A DNA stretch of 43,537 nt from positions 1-43,537 of the forward strand of contig JANWHL010000104.1 in the NCBI GenBank assembly GCA_025450405.1, written 5' to 3'. Both the position numbers and the translations under genes were made by a program. Under the pieces are notes generated by a model. It saw only the letters and a list, made by a program, of their open reading frames with translations, did no database searches and was not told where the DNA came from. Numbering within the stretch: the first letter of the stretch is position 1; every line of letters starts with the position of its first letter. Positions 8,853-18,188 of the stretch are shown in pieces. This DNA is from Ktedonobacterales bacterium (lineage in GTDB: Bacteria > Chloroflexota > Ktedonobacteria > Ktedonobacterales > JADMIN01).

Positions 8853-10151
8853 ATGGCGCGCATTCTCCTCGTCACGCAATATTATCCTCCCGAAATCGGC
8901 GCGATTCCGACCTACACGAGTGAAATGGCGGCACGGCTGGTCCATCGTGGGCACGAGGTGACCGTGCTTACCACGCTGCCGAACTACCCTACGGGCATTG
9001 TGCATCCCGACTATCGGCGCGGCGCGAACCGGCGCGAAGTGCGCGATGGGGTCACCGTCGTCCGCGTGTGGAGCGCCACCAGTCCAGGCAAGGGATTCAT
9101 CCACCGGCTGGCCGCATATCTCTCATTCACGTGCCTGGCGCCCTTTGCGGCCGCACGCTCGGTCGGCCACCCTGACATCATCATTGGGGTGGCGCCTCCG
9201 CTCTTCACGTCCATTGCCACGCGCCTTTTGGCGCGCCGCAAGCACTGCCCATTCATATTCAATGTCGGCGATCTCTGGCCGGAGTCCGCGATTCAGCTCG
9301 GCGTCCTCCAGAATCGTCTGCTCATCTGGCTCGCGGAGCGCCTCGAATGGTCCACCTATCGGCGGGCCGGCGCGATCTGGGCGTTGACCGAGGGGATCCG
9401 TGACACCCTGGTCCGGCGTGGCGTATCGGCGACGAAGGTCTTCATGTTGCCGCTGGGCGTGGACACGGCGCGCTTCAGTCCGTTGCCCCGCGCTGAGGCG
9501 CGCGCAATGCTCGGCATGGATGACCGCTTCACTCTCCTGTATGCGGGGAACATTGGTCTCGCTCAAGGGCTGAGCACGGTGATCGAGGCCGCGACGGAAC
9601 TGCGCGACCACCCCGATGTGCGCCTGCTGATGGTCGGCAACGGCACTGCCAAGGCCGACCTTGTCGCTGAAGCGCGACGCCGTGGGCTGGAGAATGTTGT
9701 GTTCGTTGACTCTCAGCCGCCTGAGCACATGCCAGCCATCATCGCGGCCGCGGACGCCTGCCTGGTGTCGTTGCGGAAGCTGCCGCTTTTCGATGGCGCG
9801 TTGCCGTCCAAGATGTTCGAATATATGGCGTGCGCGCGGCCCTTGGTGTTGTCCGTGGACGGCGAGGCGCGACGTGTGGCGGAACGCGACGCGGAGGCGG
9901 CCATTTTTGTCGAGCCTGAGAACGCCACGGCCCTCGCTAGCGCGGTGCGGGCGCTCCGCGACGATCCGCGCCTGGGTCCGCGCCTCGGTGCCAACGGCCG
10001 GGCTTATGTGCACGCGCACTACGACCGTGACCACCTCGTGACCATGCTGGAGGCGCGCATCGACGCACTGCTGAGGCGACACGAAAGTCCTTCAATGTTA
10101 CGCCAAACCACATCGGGCGCTGTAGCAAGTGGGAGGGGTTCCGCGGACTAG
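8853..10151 (+). CDS. glycosyltransferase family 4 (WcaI-like)
   Basis: ORF 8757-10151. Start moved to ATG 8853 (SD GGAGG; MARILLVTQYYPPEIG). C-terminal GT-B region with PSKMFEYMACARPLV. Confidence 0.85.
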   Translation: MARILLVTQYYPPEIGAIPTYTSEMAARLVHRGHEVTVLTTLPNYPTGIVHPDYRRGANRREVRDGVTVVRVWSATSPGKGFIHRLAAYLSFTCLAPFAAARSVGHPDIIIGVAPPLFTSIATRLLARRKHCPFIFNVGDLWPESAIQLGVLQNRLLIWLAERLEWSTYRRAGAIWALTEGIRDTLVRRGVSATKVFMLPLGVDTARFSPLPRAEARAMLGMDDRFTLLYAGNIGLAQGLSTVIEAATELRDHPDVRLLMVGNGTAKADLVAEARRRGLENVVFVDSQPPEHMPAIIAAADACLVSLRKLPLFDGALPSKMFEYMACARPLVLSVDGEARRVAERDAEAAIFVEPENATALASAVRALRDDPRLGPRLGANGRAYVHAHYDRDHLVTMLEARIDALLRRHESPSMLRQTTSGAVASGRGSAD

Positions 10152-10222
10152 GTTCGACACGCCATGTTGTCTGCCTGACACGTGTTTCGAGGTATCACGT
10201 GGAAGTTGGTGGGGGGCGAACG

Positions 10223-11038
10223 ATGAAACGCAGTCTGGACGTGGTCGTCGCCGCGATCACGCTGCTCGTTCTCTCCCCGATTTTGCTCTTCGTGGCCTGT
10301 GCCGTGTGGGTGAATGATCCCGGTCCAATCTTCTTTCGCCATCAGCGCATCGGTCGCGGATTCCGTCCCTTCCACGTCATCAAATTCCGTACGATGCGTC
10401 AGGCGCAGTCACTCAAGAGCGAGCTCACCTTTCGGAATGATCCGCGCGTGACTGCCGTGGGCCGCTTTCTCCGCTACACCAAACTGGACGAGATTCCGCA
10501 GCTCGTCAATGTGTTGCGCGGCGAGATGAGCCTGGTGGGTCCGCGACCGGAGTCGCCGCAGTACGTGGCGCATTACAATCCTGAGCAGCGCTTGATTCTG
10601 CTGGTGCGCCCTGGCCTGACGGGGCCGGCGTCTGTCCGTTATCGCCATCAGGAAAAGCTGCTCAGCGGACCGGATTATGAGCGCTTCTACGTGGACGTGA
10701 TCATGCCGGCGAAGCTGGCCATCAATCTGGAGTACGTACGACATCATCCGATCTGGGTCGACCTTGTCATACTATTGAAGACGGTCTGGGTCGTGCTCAC
10801 ACCGTTCGCGCCACCGCCCGTTTCGGAAGCCGCGGTTCGCGCGCATACCGCGCCGCGAGTACCCATCGCGCAAGACCCTGAGCGAGCCGTGGAGTGGCCC
10901 GGGGCAGAGCCCATCCCGTCGCCGATGATTGCCCCGGCCGCCACGCCAACACCAGTGGCCACGCCGAGTCAGGGCGTCGATCCACCGCCCGTCCCGGCGT
11001 TTCGCGAGGCGCGAGCGGGGAGCGGTATTCGGAAGTAG
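10223..11038 (+). CDS. polyprenyl-phosphate sugar phosphotransferase (bacterial sugar transferase, small PglC/WbaP-C type) with a Pro-rich C-terminal tail
   Basis: ORF 10199-11038. Start moved to ATG 10223 (MKRSLDVVVA). N-terminal re-entrant helix, then PIFFRHQRIG, KFRTM, DEIPQLVNVLRGEMSLVGPRPE. The last 80 or so residues are Pro/Ala-rich and low-complexity. Confidence 0.85.
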   Translation: MKRSLDVVVAAITLLVLSPILLFVACAVWVNDPGPIFFRHQRIGRGFRPFHVIKFRTMRQAQSLKSELTFRNDPRVTAVGRFLRYTKLDEIPQLVNVLRGEMSLVGPRPESPQYVAHYNPEQRLILLVRPGLTGPASVRYRHQEKLLSGPDYERFYVDVIMPAKLAINLEYVRHHPIWVDLVILLKTVWVVLTPFAPPPVSEAAVRAHTAPRVPIAQDPERAVEWPGAEPIPSPMIAPAATPTPVATPSQGVDPPPVPAFREARAGSGIRK

Positions 11039-11129
11039 CCGCACCACCCGCGATGGCAGCGCGTTACCCCCAGTTGGTGCTCCCGTGTGACACGGCAAGG
11101 ATGTCGCACACTTAGGAGGTCGCACGCTC

Positions 11130-12050
11130 ATGTATCTGGTGACCGGCGGCGCCGGGTTCATTGGCTCGCATATCGCCGCGGCGCTTCGTGGCCAGGGTGA
11201 GCGGGTCCGCATTTTTGACAATTTCTCCACAGGCAAGCTGGAGAATATTCAGGCGGTTGGTCCAGACGTCGAAATCGTGCGCGCCGACCTGCGCGACGTC
11301 GATGCCCTGCGCGGCGCCATGGCCGGGGTCACCGTTGTGTTTCATCAGGCGGCGCTTGCCTCGGTGCCGCGTTCAGTGGCTGACCCCGCCACTGCCCTCG
11401 ACGTCAATGTGGTCGGCACACATCACGTCTTGCTGGCCGCTCGCGATGCCGGACTTCGGCGCATGATCATGGCGTCGTCATGCGCCGTTTATGGGGACAA
11501 GCCCCATTTGCCGTCCAGCGAAGGCGCGCCTGTCGACCCGATCTCGCCGTATGCCGCGCACAAGCTGGCGGACGAATGCCTGTGCGCCGCGTTCTCCCAT
11601 ACCTATGGCCTCGAGACAGTCGCCCTGCGCTATTTCAATGTCTATGGACCACGCCAGGATCCCACGTCTGAATACGCGGCCGTGATTCCGAAGTTTCTCC
11701 ACGCGATGCTCGCGGGCGAGCGGCCAATCGTCTTTGGCGATGGCAATCAGACGCGCGATTTCGTGTACGTTGACGACGTGGTGAAAGCGAATCTGCTCGC
11801 GGCCACGTCGCAAGTGGCGGCTGGCCATGTGATGAATGTGGGGACCGGCGTGCGAACGTCGCTCAATGATCTGCTCCACACCGCTGGCCAGTTGCTTGGA
11901 GTGGACCCGACGGCGGACTATCGAGATTCACGTGCTGGTGACGTCCATGACAGTGTTGCCGAGATCGCGCTCGCGCGGCGCATCCTGGGTTACGAGCCAC
12001 GTGTGCCGTTCCGCGACGGCCTGGCACGCTTCATCGCCACGCTACGCTGA
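11130..12050 (+). CDS. NAD-dependent nucleotide-sugar epimerase/dehydratase (extended SDR)
   Basis: SD TAGGAGG upstream. Contains TGGAGFIGSH Rossmann motif and catalytic YAAHK (YxxxK). Confidence 0.85.
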   Translation: MYLVTGGAGFIGSHIAAALRGQGERVRIFDNFSTGKLENIQAVGPDVEIVRADLRDVDALRGAMAGVTVVFHQAALASVPRSVADPATALDVNVVGTHHVLLAARDAGLRRMIMASSCAVYGDKPHLPSSEGAPVDPISPYAAHKLADECLCAAFSHTYGLETVALRYFNVYGPRQDPTSEYAAVIPKFLHAMLAGERPIVFGDGNQTRDFVYVDDVVKANLLAATSQVAAGHVMNVGTGVRTSLNDLLHTAGQLLGVDPTADYRDSRAGDVHDSVAEIALARRILGYEPRVPFRDGLARFIATLR

Positions 12051-12111
12051 GAGGCCGTCCGCAGGCCGTTAAATCGCCGGGATCGATGCGCTATCCAGAC
12101 ACGACAGGCGC

Positions 12112-13284
12112 CTACAACAGGTACGACAGGATGTTCTCGGTGAAGCGTTCGAAGCCCGGCCGCGGCGTCAGCGCGAACGTGAGCGGCGAGGGATAGCGAT
12201 CGTACAACCTCGTGACCCAGTAGAACGTGCCCGCATCGAACACGCGCGCCCCATTGGTCCAGGTATAGATGGTCGTGTTGGCGGTGATCGCGGCTCCGGT
12301 CGGACAGATCACCGACGGCAGGCAGGACACTTGAGAGGCGGCGAGCGTCGTCAGCGCCGGGACTGATACCGGGGCGACAACGGCATCAACCTCGCCACCA
12401 ACCACGTTGGGGATCTGGATACCCACGGAGTAGCCAGTCTCCGCGAGCAGAGACTGCGCGCCGGCGCCAAGCACCAGGGGTGTCACGGTGTTGGACGCCG
12501 TTTCGTTCAGATACCTCTCGCCTAATAACGAGTCCTCGGAATTATTCAGCGGCGCGTCGCGCCAGCGCACGGTCGCCTCGGATGGCGTGCTTGCGGCCAG
12601 GGGATCCAGTGTGGTGTCCCGGTAGCAGATAACTAGGCGGCCGGGGCCTAGGGGGCTTGTGCCCAGACGCGCGTGCCAATAGACATCATTCGCCACGAAG
12701 AAGGCCAGCGAAACGCCCGCGTTGCGCGCATTCGTGACATTCTGCCGCATCGCCGTGCTCCAGTACTCATCGTGTCCGGCGAAAACGATCAGTTTGTGTC
12801 CAATGAGCAGACTCGGGTTCTGGTCGGTATCGATGTCGGTCAGGTAGCTCATGTTGTAGCCCCGCTTCTCGAGCCAGGGTACGAAGTTGAGCTCCCAGCG
12901 GGCTTGCGGGCCGAGCCCTGCGTAAACGTTGGCGGTGTGCGGCCGATCGAAACTCACCACGTACGCGCGATCCGCGTAGGTCATTGTGGGATTCCCCGTG
13001 CCAGGGTATTCAAGACCCGAATATAGGGAATAGCCACCAAATGCATTGTATGCTTGGTAGGCCATGATGGCCGCTTGAAAGATGAGCGGGGCGTGGTTGG
13101 CATCATTGCGTACGACAAACGATGCGTAGCGCACGTCGCCGTTCGACGCGAAGAGTTTCACCATGTAGATCACGCTCACCCAGGTCGCCGGGATTGCCAG
13201 AAGGATCGGGTTATGCCACTGGCAGCTTACCATGCGAGTGGTTTTGTCGACGGTCGCCGCCGGCTGGACAATACCTGGCTGCAT
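12112..13284 (-). CDS. N,N-dimethylformamidase beta-subunit-like / DUF6605-like protein (minimal ORF; probably the 3' part of a frameshifted gene reaching 13621)
   Basis: Block IVFAGHDEYWSTAMRQNVTNARNAGVSLAFFVANDVYWH is typical of this family. The same frame stays open 69 codons upstream of ATG 13284, and that stretch still looks coding (VNIYVSTTAPTYYFRVFRIGWYGGLGARLV). It contains no ATG, GTG or TTG (see findings). Confidence 0.7.
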   Translation of the reverse strand: MQPGIVQPAATVDKTTRMVSCQWHNPILLAIPATWVSVIYMVKLFASNGDVRYASFVVRNDANHAPLIFQAAIMAYQAYNAFGGYSLYSGLEYPGTGNPTMTYADRAYVVSFDRPHTANVYAGLGPQARWELNFVPWLEKRGYNMSYLTDIDTDQNPSLLIGHKLIVFAGHDEYWSTAMRQNVTNARNAGVSLAFFVANDVYWHARLGTSPLGPGRLVICYRDTTLDPLAASTPSEATVRWRDAPLNNSEDSLLGERYLNETASNTVTPLVLGAGAQSLLAETGYSVGIQIPNVVGGEVDAVVAPVSVPALTTLAASQVSCLPSVICPTGAAITANTTIYTWTNGARVFDAGTFYWVTRLYDRYPSPLTFALTPRPGFERFTENILSYLL

Positions 13285-13880
13285 CCGGGACGCATAGACT
13301 AGGCGCGCGCCGAGCCCGCCGTACCACCCGATCCGAAAGACACGGAAGTAATACGTGGGTGCAGTGGTCGAGACATAGATGTTGACACTTTGGCCGACGT
13401 TGACACTGGAAGGGGCCGTGACGGCCTCGATGGCTCCTGCGGTCCGGTGGGTTCGGTTTGTTGCCAGGCCAGCGTCCCCTGTCAGAGGTTTTCAGCGCGC
13501 CGGGTCCACGGAAATGGCCGCGCTCGCGCACGTGAGCGGGCGCCGGATGATCGCTGGAGATGCTGAGCGGGCCGGCGGCGACACCAATGAGCTCACGGAC
13601 GCGGTGAGCAAGACGAGACATAGCCCTCCAATAATCAGAGGTGTGGACGTCAGGTGCGCTCCGCGGAGGCGGGGTAAACGACCCAGCATGCCAGCAGTCC
13701 TTTCCGGGCGAGGACGAGAGCGAAAGGAGCGAATGGATAGCAATCGGCCTCTGGCAGCGAGAGAGCGGTGCATGATGTTTGCCGAGGAAGGTGTGAATCC
13801 CCGCTTTCCCACCGTCAGCCCGCCGCGAGGGCTGGTCAGCCCAGCGGGGGCCAAGGATCGGCAGGCCTCATGTCTTCGGC

Positions 13881-13928
13881 GGACCATGACGCTCGCGGGT
13901 ATACGGTCCATGACTAGTGCGGGTATGC
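13881..13928. repeat. imperfect 24-nt tandem duplication inside the 833-bp non-coding gap
   Basis: Unit 1 is ggaccatgacgctcgcgggtatac (13881-13904). Unit 2 is ggtccatgactagtgcgggtatgc (13905-13928). The core GCGGGTAT(A/G)CG recurs near 14215-14228. Confidence 0.7.
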
Positions 13929-14454
13929 GGAGCATCGGGCGCGTGTATTGGAATGTGATCGCGCGGGAAGCACCCTTCGCACCTGGCCGCCATAGTTCCA
14001 CGCGCCACGCCACAGCCCAGGCGTCCACGCGAGCGCCACTCGAGGGACATTGGTGATCAGGGACACGTGACCTTCCTTGTGGTCCGGCTTCGGCCAGGAC
14101 CGCATCCTTGCCGCCGCGTATGGCGCGTGATCGGCGGTCCGCGTGCGGGTCTTGGTTGGAACGTGTATACGCCGCTTACTAGGCAATGGGAGTGATCGCG
14201 TCGCCGCGGTGTGTCAGCGGGTATGCGCCGTTTATACACCGCCTCGCTGATTGTGAACACCCATCAGTCCAATGACCTCATCCGCATCGCCCAACGCGCT
14301 AAGCGATTGGACATGCCCGTGAGTGGCCAGTACGAGCGGCCCCTCCTCCTGGACGGTCGGCCCCAAGCCCATAGCCGCGCGGCTTGACAGTCCCTTCGTC
14401 ATACACTTCTCGCGTCGGAGTGTGCTACTATCGCCGCGAAGGGAGGTCTCGCGG

Positions 14455-15264
14455 ATGACTCCAGACGAGCTGGCTCGCGCAGAGCCAGACGCACCGCGCG
14501 CTCTGGCGGACGTGGCACGACGACTCATGATCTACGCGCACCGCGGCGCGCGCGCTCATGCGCCGGAGAATACGCTGCTCGCGTTCCGCCTCGCGATGGC
14601 CCTGGGCTCCGACGGGATCGAGTGCGATGTCCAGCGCAGCGCCGATGGCGGCCTGGTTGTCATCCACGATGCGACCTTGGACCGCACCACCACCGGCAAA
14701 GGCCGCGTCAGCGCACGCCCCCTGTCTGGCTTGGGCGTGCTTGATGCCGGGCGGGGCCAACGCATCCCGACGCTTGAGGAAGTTCTGGCCTTCGCCCGTG
14801 AATCCGCGTGCTGGCTCAACCTCGAGCTCAAAGCCGAGACTCCCGAGGAAGCGCGTGCCACCGGAGAGGCCATGGCACCCGCACTGGCGGCGCTCGCGGA
14901 GGCATGGCGTGTCCGTGTGCTCGTGTCGTCCTTCGACCTCGCGGCCCTGCTGATGCTCAAGCGCGCCCAGCCGTGGCTGCGGGTCGCCACCCTGCATGGC
15001 GTCCGTGAATGGCGCCGGCGCGATATCCTCGCGCCCGCCCTGGAGATGGGCGCGGAAGCCATTCACCCCGGCGTCAGCCTGGTGACGTCCGGGCTCGTCC
15101 GGCGCGCCCACGACCACGGTCTGCGCGTGAATGTGTGGACCGCCAACCGCACGAGCACCATTCTCGGCCTGATGGAGTTAGGCGTGGATGGTCTGTTCAC
15201 CGACAATCCCGAGCGTGTGGTCATCCTGCGCACCCTCGCCGCGTCTGGCTCCCAATTGCTCTGA
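14455..15264 (+). CDS. glycerophosphodiester phosphodiesterase (GDPD family)
   Basis: ORF 14323-15264. Start moved to ATG 14455 (SD GAAGGGAGG). Contains YAHRGARAHAPENT, IECDVQRSADGGLVVIHD, and FTDNPE near the C-terminus. Confidence 0.85.
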   Translation: MTPDELARAEPDAPRALADVARRLMIYAHRGARAHAPENTLLAFRLAMALGSDGIECDVQRSADGGLVVIHDATLDRTTTGKGRVSARPLSGLGVLDAGRGQRIPTLEEVLAFARESACWLNLELKAETPEEARATGEAMAPALAALAEAWRVRVLVSSFDLAALLMLKRAQPWLRVATLHGVREWRRRDILAPALEMGAEAIHPGVSLVTSGLVRRAHDHGLRVNVWTANRTSTILGLMELGVDGLFTDNPERVVILRTLAASGSQLL

Positions 15265-15294
15265 CTCCCATATGCTCGCCACTTCTCGTGTGCG

Positions 15295-16575
15295 TCACGT
15301 TCTCCCGCGCGGCAGGTCCAATTTAAGTGTGGACTCGACGACCACGCTCAAAGCACCCGTGCCATCTTCGCGAGCGATCGCGCCCGCCAACTCCCGCGCA
15401 CGCTCGCGGTACCCGGACTCGCCCAGCAGGGCGCCCAACGCCTTCGTGGCCCGTTCCGCCGTGAACCCGCGCCGCGAACGCCACACTCCCACCCCCAGTC
15501 TCGCCACGCGCGCGGCGTTGAAGGGCTGGTCCAAACCGCCTGGCACCACGAGTGCCGGCACTCCCGCCCGCAGGCACTGCGCCACCGTGCCGATGCCCGC
15601 GTGATGGATCACCGCCGCGCAGCGTGGGAACACCACGGAGTACGGTGCGAACGGCAGTGTCAACACCCCCTCGCCGCGCAGATCCGCCGCGATTGAGGGC
15701 GACACGCCAACGACCAGCGCCCGGCCGCCGTGTGCGCGAATGGCCGCCACACTGGCGTAGAAGTAAGGTGCGAACGCCTCCTCCACCTCCGGCGCGATGG
15801 AGCCCGCCGTCACGGCGACGATGGGATCGGTGGTATCGAGGAACGCGGTCAAATCGGGCGGCGCGTTCCAGCCCGTGGCCCCGTCCCAGAAGCAGAAGCC
15901 AGTCATGTGGACGTAGCGCGGCCAATCTGGCGGACGGGCCAGGAACGCCGGTGACACAGCCACCGCGGTCCCCGCCGGAGCGAGATTGCCTGTCCACATG
16001 AGATCGTGCCGCGGTGCCAGCCCGAAGCCGGCGCGAATGCGATTGACCGGCCGATCGACCATGCGCCGGAGCGCGGCGCCGCCGAGCGCCCACTCCAGCC
16101 GGTTGCTCGCCATCCGCATGGCCTGGGGCAGAGCAAAGGGCATAGGTTGCGCCTCGATGTGGGCCGAGGGTAGGGTGGATGGCCCGACGACAACGCTCGC
16201 CCAACGCACGCCGGTGAGATCGACGGCGGCCGACGCCGCCAATTGTGACGCGGCGGCAACCAGGAGATCGGCACCTTCGCAAGCCGCGCACAGCTCGGCG
16301 ATCTTTGCGGGTAGCGTGGGCAGTATGTAGTGTCGGAGCAAGAGACGCAATGACGCCAGCGCGTTGCCACTCGCGAACACGCGGCGCGCGTACGGCCCGA
16401 GCGCGGTGGCGCTGTCGCCACTGAGTGTGGTGACCGCGAACCCGAGCGCGCGCACCGCCGGCTGGAAATTCTCCTCGACCGCGAACACGACCTCGTGGCC
16501 GCGATCACGCAGCCGCAGCCCCAGAGCGACAAACGGATTGAGGTCGCCCGCAGAGCCGAAGGTGCTCAAGACCAT
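15295..16575 (-). CDS. UDP-glycosyltransferase, GT1 family (MGT/macrolide-glycosyltransferase-like)
   Basis: ORF 15295-16809. Start moved to ATG 16575 (MVLSTFGSAGDLNPFVALGLRLRDRGHEV). C-terminal donor-binding signature HHAGIGTVAQCLRAGVPALVVPGGLDQPFNA. Confidence 0.85.
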   Translation of the reverse strand: MVLSTFGSAGDLNPFVALGLRLRDRGHEVVFAVEENFQPAVRALGFAVTTLSGDSATALGPYARRVFASGNALASLRLLLRHYILPTLPAKIAELCAACEGADLLVAAASQLAASAAVDLTGVRWASVVVGPSTLPSAHIEAQPMPFALPQAMRMASNRLEWALGGAALRRMVDRPVNRIRAGFGLAPRHDLMWTGNLAPAGTAVAVSPAFLARPPDWPRYVHMTGFCFWDGATGWNAPPDLTAFLDTTDPIVAVTAGSIAPEVEEAFAPYFYASVAAIRAHGGRALVVGVSPSIAADLRGEGVLTLPFAPYSVVFPRCAAVIHHAGIGTVAQCLRAGVPALVVPGGLDQPFNAARVARLGVGVWRSRRGFTAERATKALGALLGESGYRERARELAGAIAREDGTGALSVVVESTLKLDLPRGRT

Positions 16576-16886
16576 GCGTGCCACGATCACCACTCCCCTG
16601 CCGTCCGCGCCGCGCGCCCGGCTCGTCGCCGATAGTGTACCAGATGGCATCGCGTGGGGTGGGCGGGTCAATATCGTCGTCGGATCCGTCGCGGTCGCGA
16701 AACGGTGCCAAGCCGGACGCGTTGGCATCCGTGCCGTGGTGTCCACTTCCGCACGCCCCGAACGCTGGCACATGTGGCATACTGGGTGGCGGCAACCAGA
16801 GTGGCTCACGCCGGAGTGGCTCGAAATTGCGCCCGCTCGCCAGACCCGGTGGCATGCCCCCCACGCCTGAACAGGAAAGACGCGCC

Positions 16887-18188
16887 ATGAGCACAGAGGT
16901 CCGCGACGACACCGCCGGGGGCGCGCTGGCCCCCAACTACTTCCGCCACACCCTGCCCAATGGCCTCCAGCTCGTTGGCCAGAGGATGCCGAGCCTGGCC
17001 TCGGTCACATTCGGGATACAGCTCGCCGCTGGAGTCAAAGAGGAGCCCGATGATCAACTGGGGCTCACCAACCTGCTGGCTGAGATGCTCTTCCAGGGCA
17101 CCGAACAGCGCGACGTGCGCCAGCTCACCGATGACTTTGAGGCGATTGGCGCGCGGCGCGGGGGTGAGTCGTCGACCGACGTCGCCCGCTACTCCGCGCA
17201 GATCGTCGGCAACCGCCTGGACCGCGCGCTCGAGCTCATGGCGGACGTGCTCCTCCACCCAACTATCCCCAATGCCGAGTTCGAGCAGATGCGCAATGTC
17301 CAACTTCAGGAAATTCGGCGCCGCGACGACGAGCCAATGCGCCGCATTTTCGATCATGTCCGCGAGCGGTTCTACGCGGGTACCCATCTGGGCCGCACGT
17401 CCCTTGGCACCCACGAGACGGTCGCGCACCTGGAGCCCGACCATCTCCGGGCGTTTTGGCGCGAACGCTATCGTCCGGAAGGCGCGCTGTTCGCCATCGC
17501 CGGCAACTTCGATTGGGACCACGTCGTCGAACGCGTGGGCGCGTTCCTCGGCGACTGGCGTGGGGCCGCGCCCCAGAGCCCCGCCAACCATCCGAATCCC
17601 CAGGCGGGCGTCACCATTGAGAGGCACGAGGGCAATCAAGAACACATCGGCATGGCTTTCCCGTTTCCCACATTTGGCGACCCCGATTACTACGCCGCGA
17701 CTGTGGCCAGCGAAATCTTTGGTGGCGGCATGACTTCGCGCTTGTTCCGCGAAGTCCGCGAGAAGCGCGGCCTCGTGTACTCGGTGATGGCGTCATTCGC
17801 GCCCATCGGCGGATATGGGGCCATGTTCCTCTACGGGGGGACCACCCCTGACAAGGCGCACGAGACGGTCCAGGTGCTGCTCGACGAATTGCGCAATCTG
17901 GGCACCAACGGCGTCACCCAGGACGAGCTGGACCGAGCGAAAGTTCAGCTCAAGAGCGAGATCGTCATGCGTGGCGAAAGCGCCTCGGCCCGCATGGGTG
18001 CCATTTCACGCTCCTGGTGGTACAAGCGTGAGTTGACCACGATCCAGCAGATCAAAGAGTCCATCGATGCGGTCAGCCGCGAGCAGATTACCGGACTCAT
18101 GCGTCGCTTCCCACCACTGGACAGGCTCGTCATCGCCGCCATTGGGCCACGCTCGCGCGAGGAGTTAGTGGGCAATGCACTGGGCTGA
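16887..18188 (+). CDS. M16-family (pitrilysin/insulinase-like) protein, non-catalytic variant
   Basis: ORF 16578-18188. Start moved to ATG 16887 (MSTEVRDD). M16 N- and C-domains are recognisable. The HxxEH zinc site reads L-L-A-E-M (GLTNLLAEMLFQGT). Confidence 0.85.
   Translation: MSTEVRDDTAGGALAPNYFRHTLPNGLQLVGQRMPSLASVTFGIQLAAGVKEEPDDQLGLTNLLAEMLFQGTEQRDVRQLTDDFEAIGARRGGESSTDVARYSAQIVGNRLDRALELMADVLLHPTIPNAEFEQMRNVQLQEIRRRDDEPMRRIFDHVRERFYAGTHLGRTSLGTHETVAHLEPDHLRAFWRERYRPEGALFAIAGNFDWDHVVERVGAFLGDWRGAAPQSPANHPNPQAGVTIERHEGNQEHIGMAFPFPTFGDPDYYAATVASEIFGGGMTSRLFREVREKRGLVYSVMASFAPIGGYGAMFLYGGTTPDKAHETVQVLLDELRNLGTNGVTQDELDRAKVQLKSEIVMRGESASARMGAISRSWWYKRELTTIQQIKESIDAVSREQITGLMRRFPPLDRLVIAAIGPRSREELVGNALG

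Noticed and set aside
13650-13700. SRP-RNA or RNase P-like motif (minus strand CGCCCGGAAAGGACUGCUGG).
   Set aside because: It lacks the GGAA tetraloop context of SRP domain IV and the GAGGAAAGUCCGGGC / ACAGAA blocks of RNase P. The resemblance is superficial.
13785-13990. Cobalamin-riboswitch-like fragments. Plus strand: GGAAGGUGUGAAUCCCCGC…CCCACCGUCAG. Minus strand: GGUGCGAAGGGUGCUUCCCGCGCGAUCA and GUCCGCCGAAGACAUGAGGCCUGCC.
   Set aside because: Partial matches occur on both strands. The B12-box is interrupted. I could not assemble the P3-P6 helices. Neither flanking gene is B12-related. I leave this as part of the unexplained-gap finding, pending cmscan.
14232-14402. Small minus-strand ORF (…MTKGLSSRAAMGLGPTVQEEGPLVLATHGHVQSLSALGDADEVIGLMGVHNQRGGV) upstream of the GDPD gene.
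   Set aside because: No SD and no recognisable family. It overlaps the likely GDPD promoter region (TGcTACTAT at 14423-14431). It could be a gene remnant, but I cannot support that.
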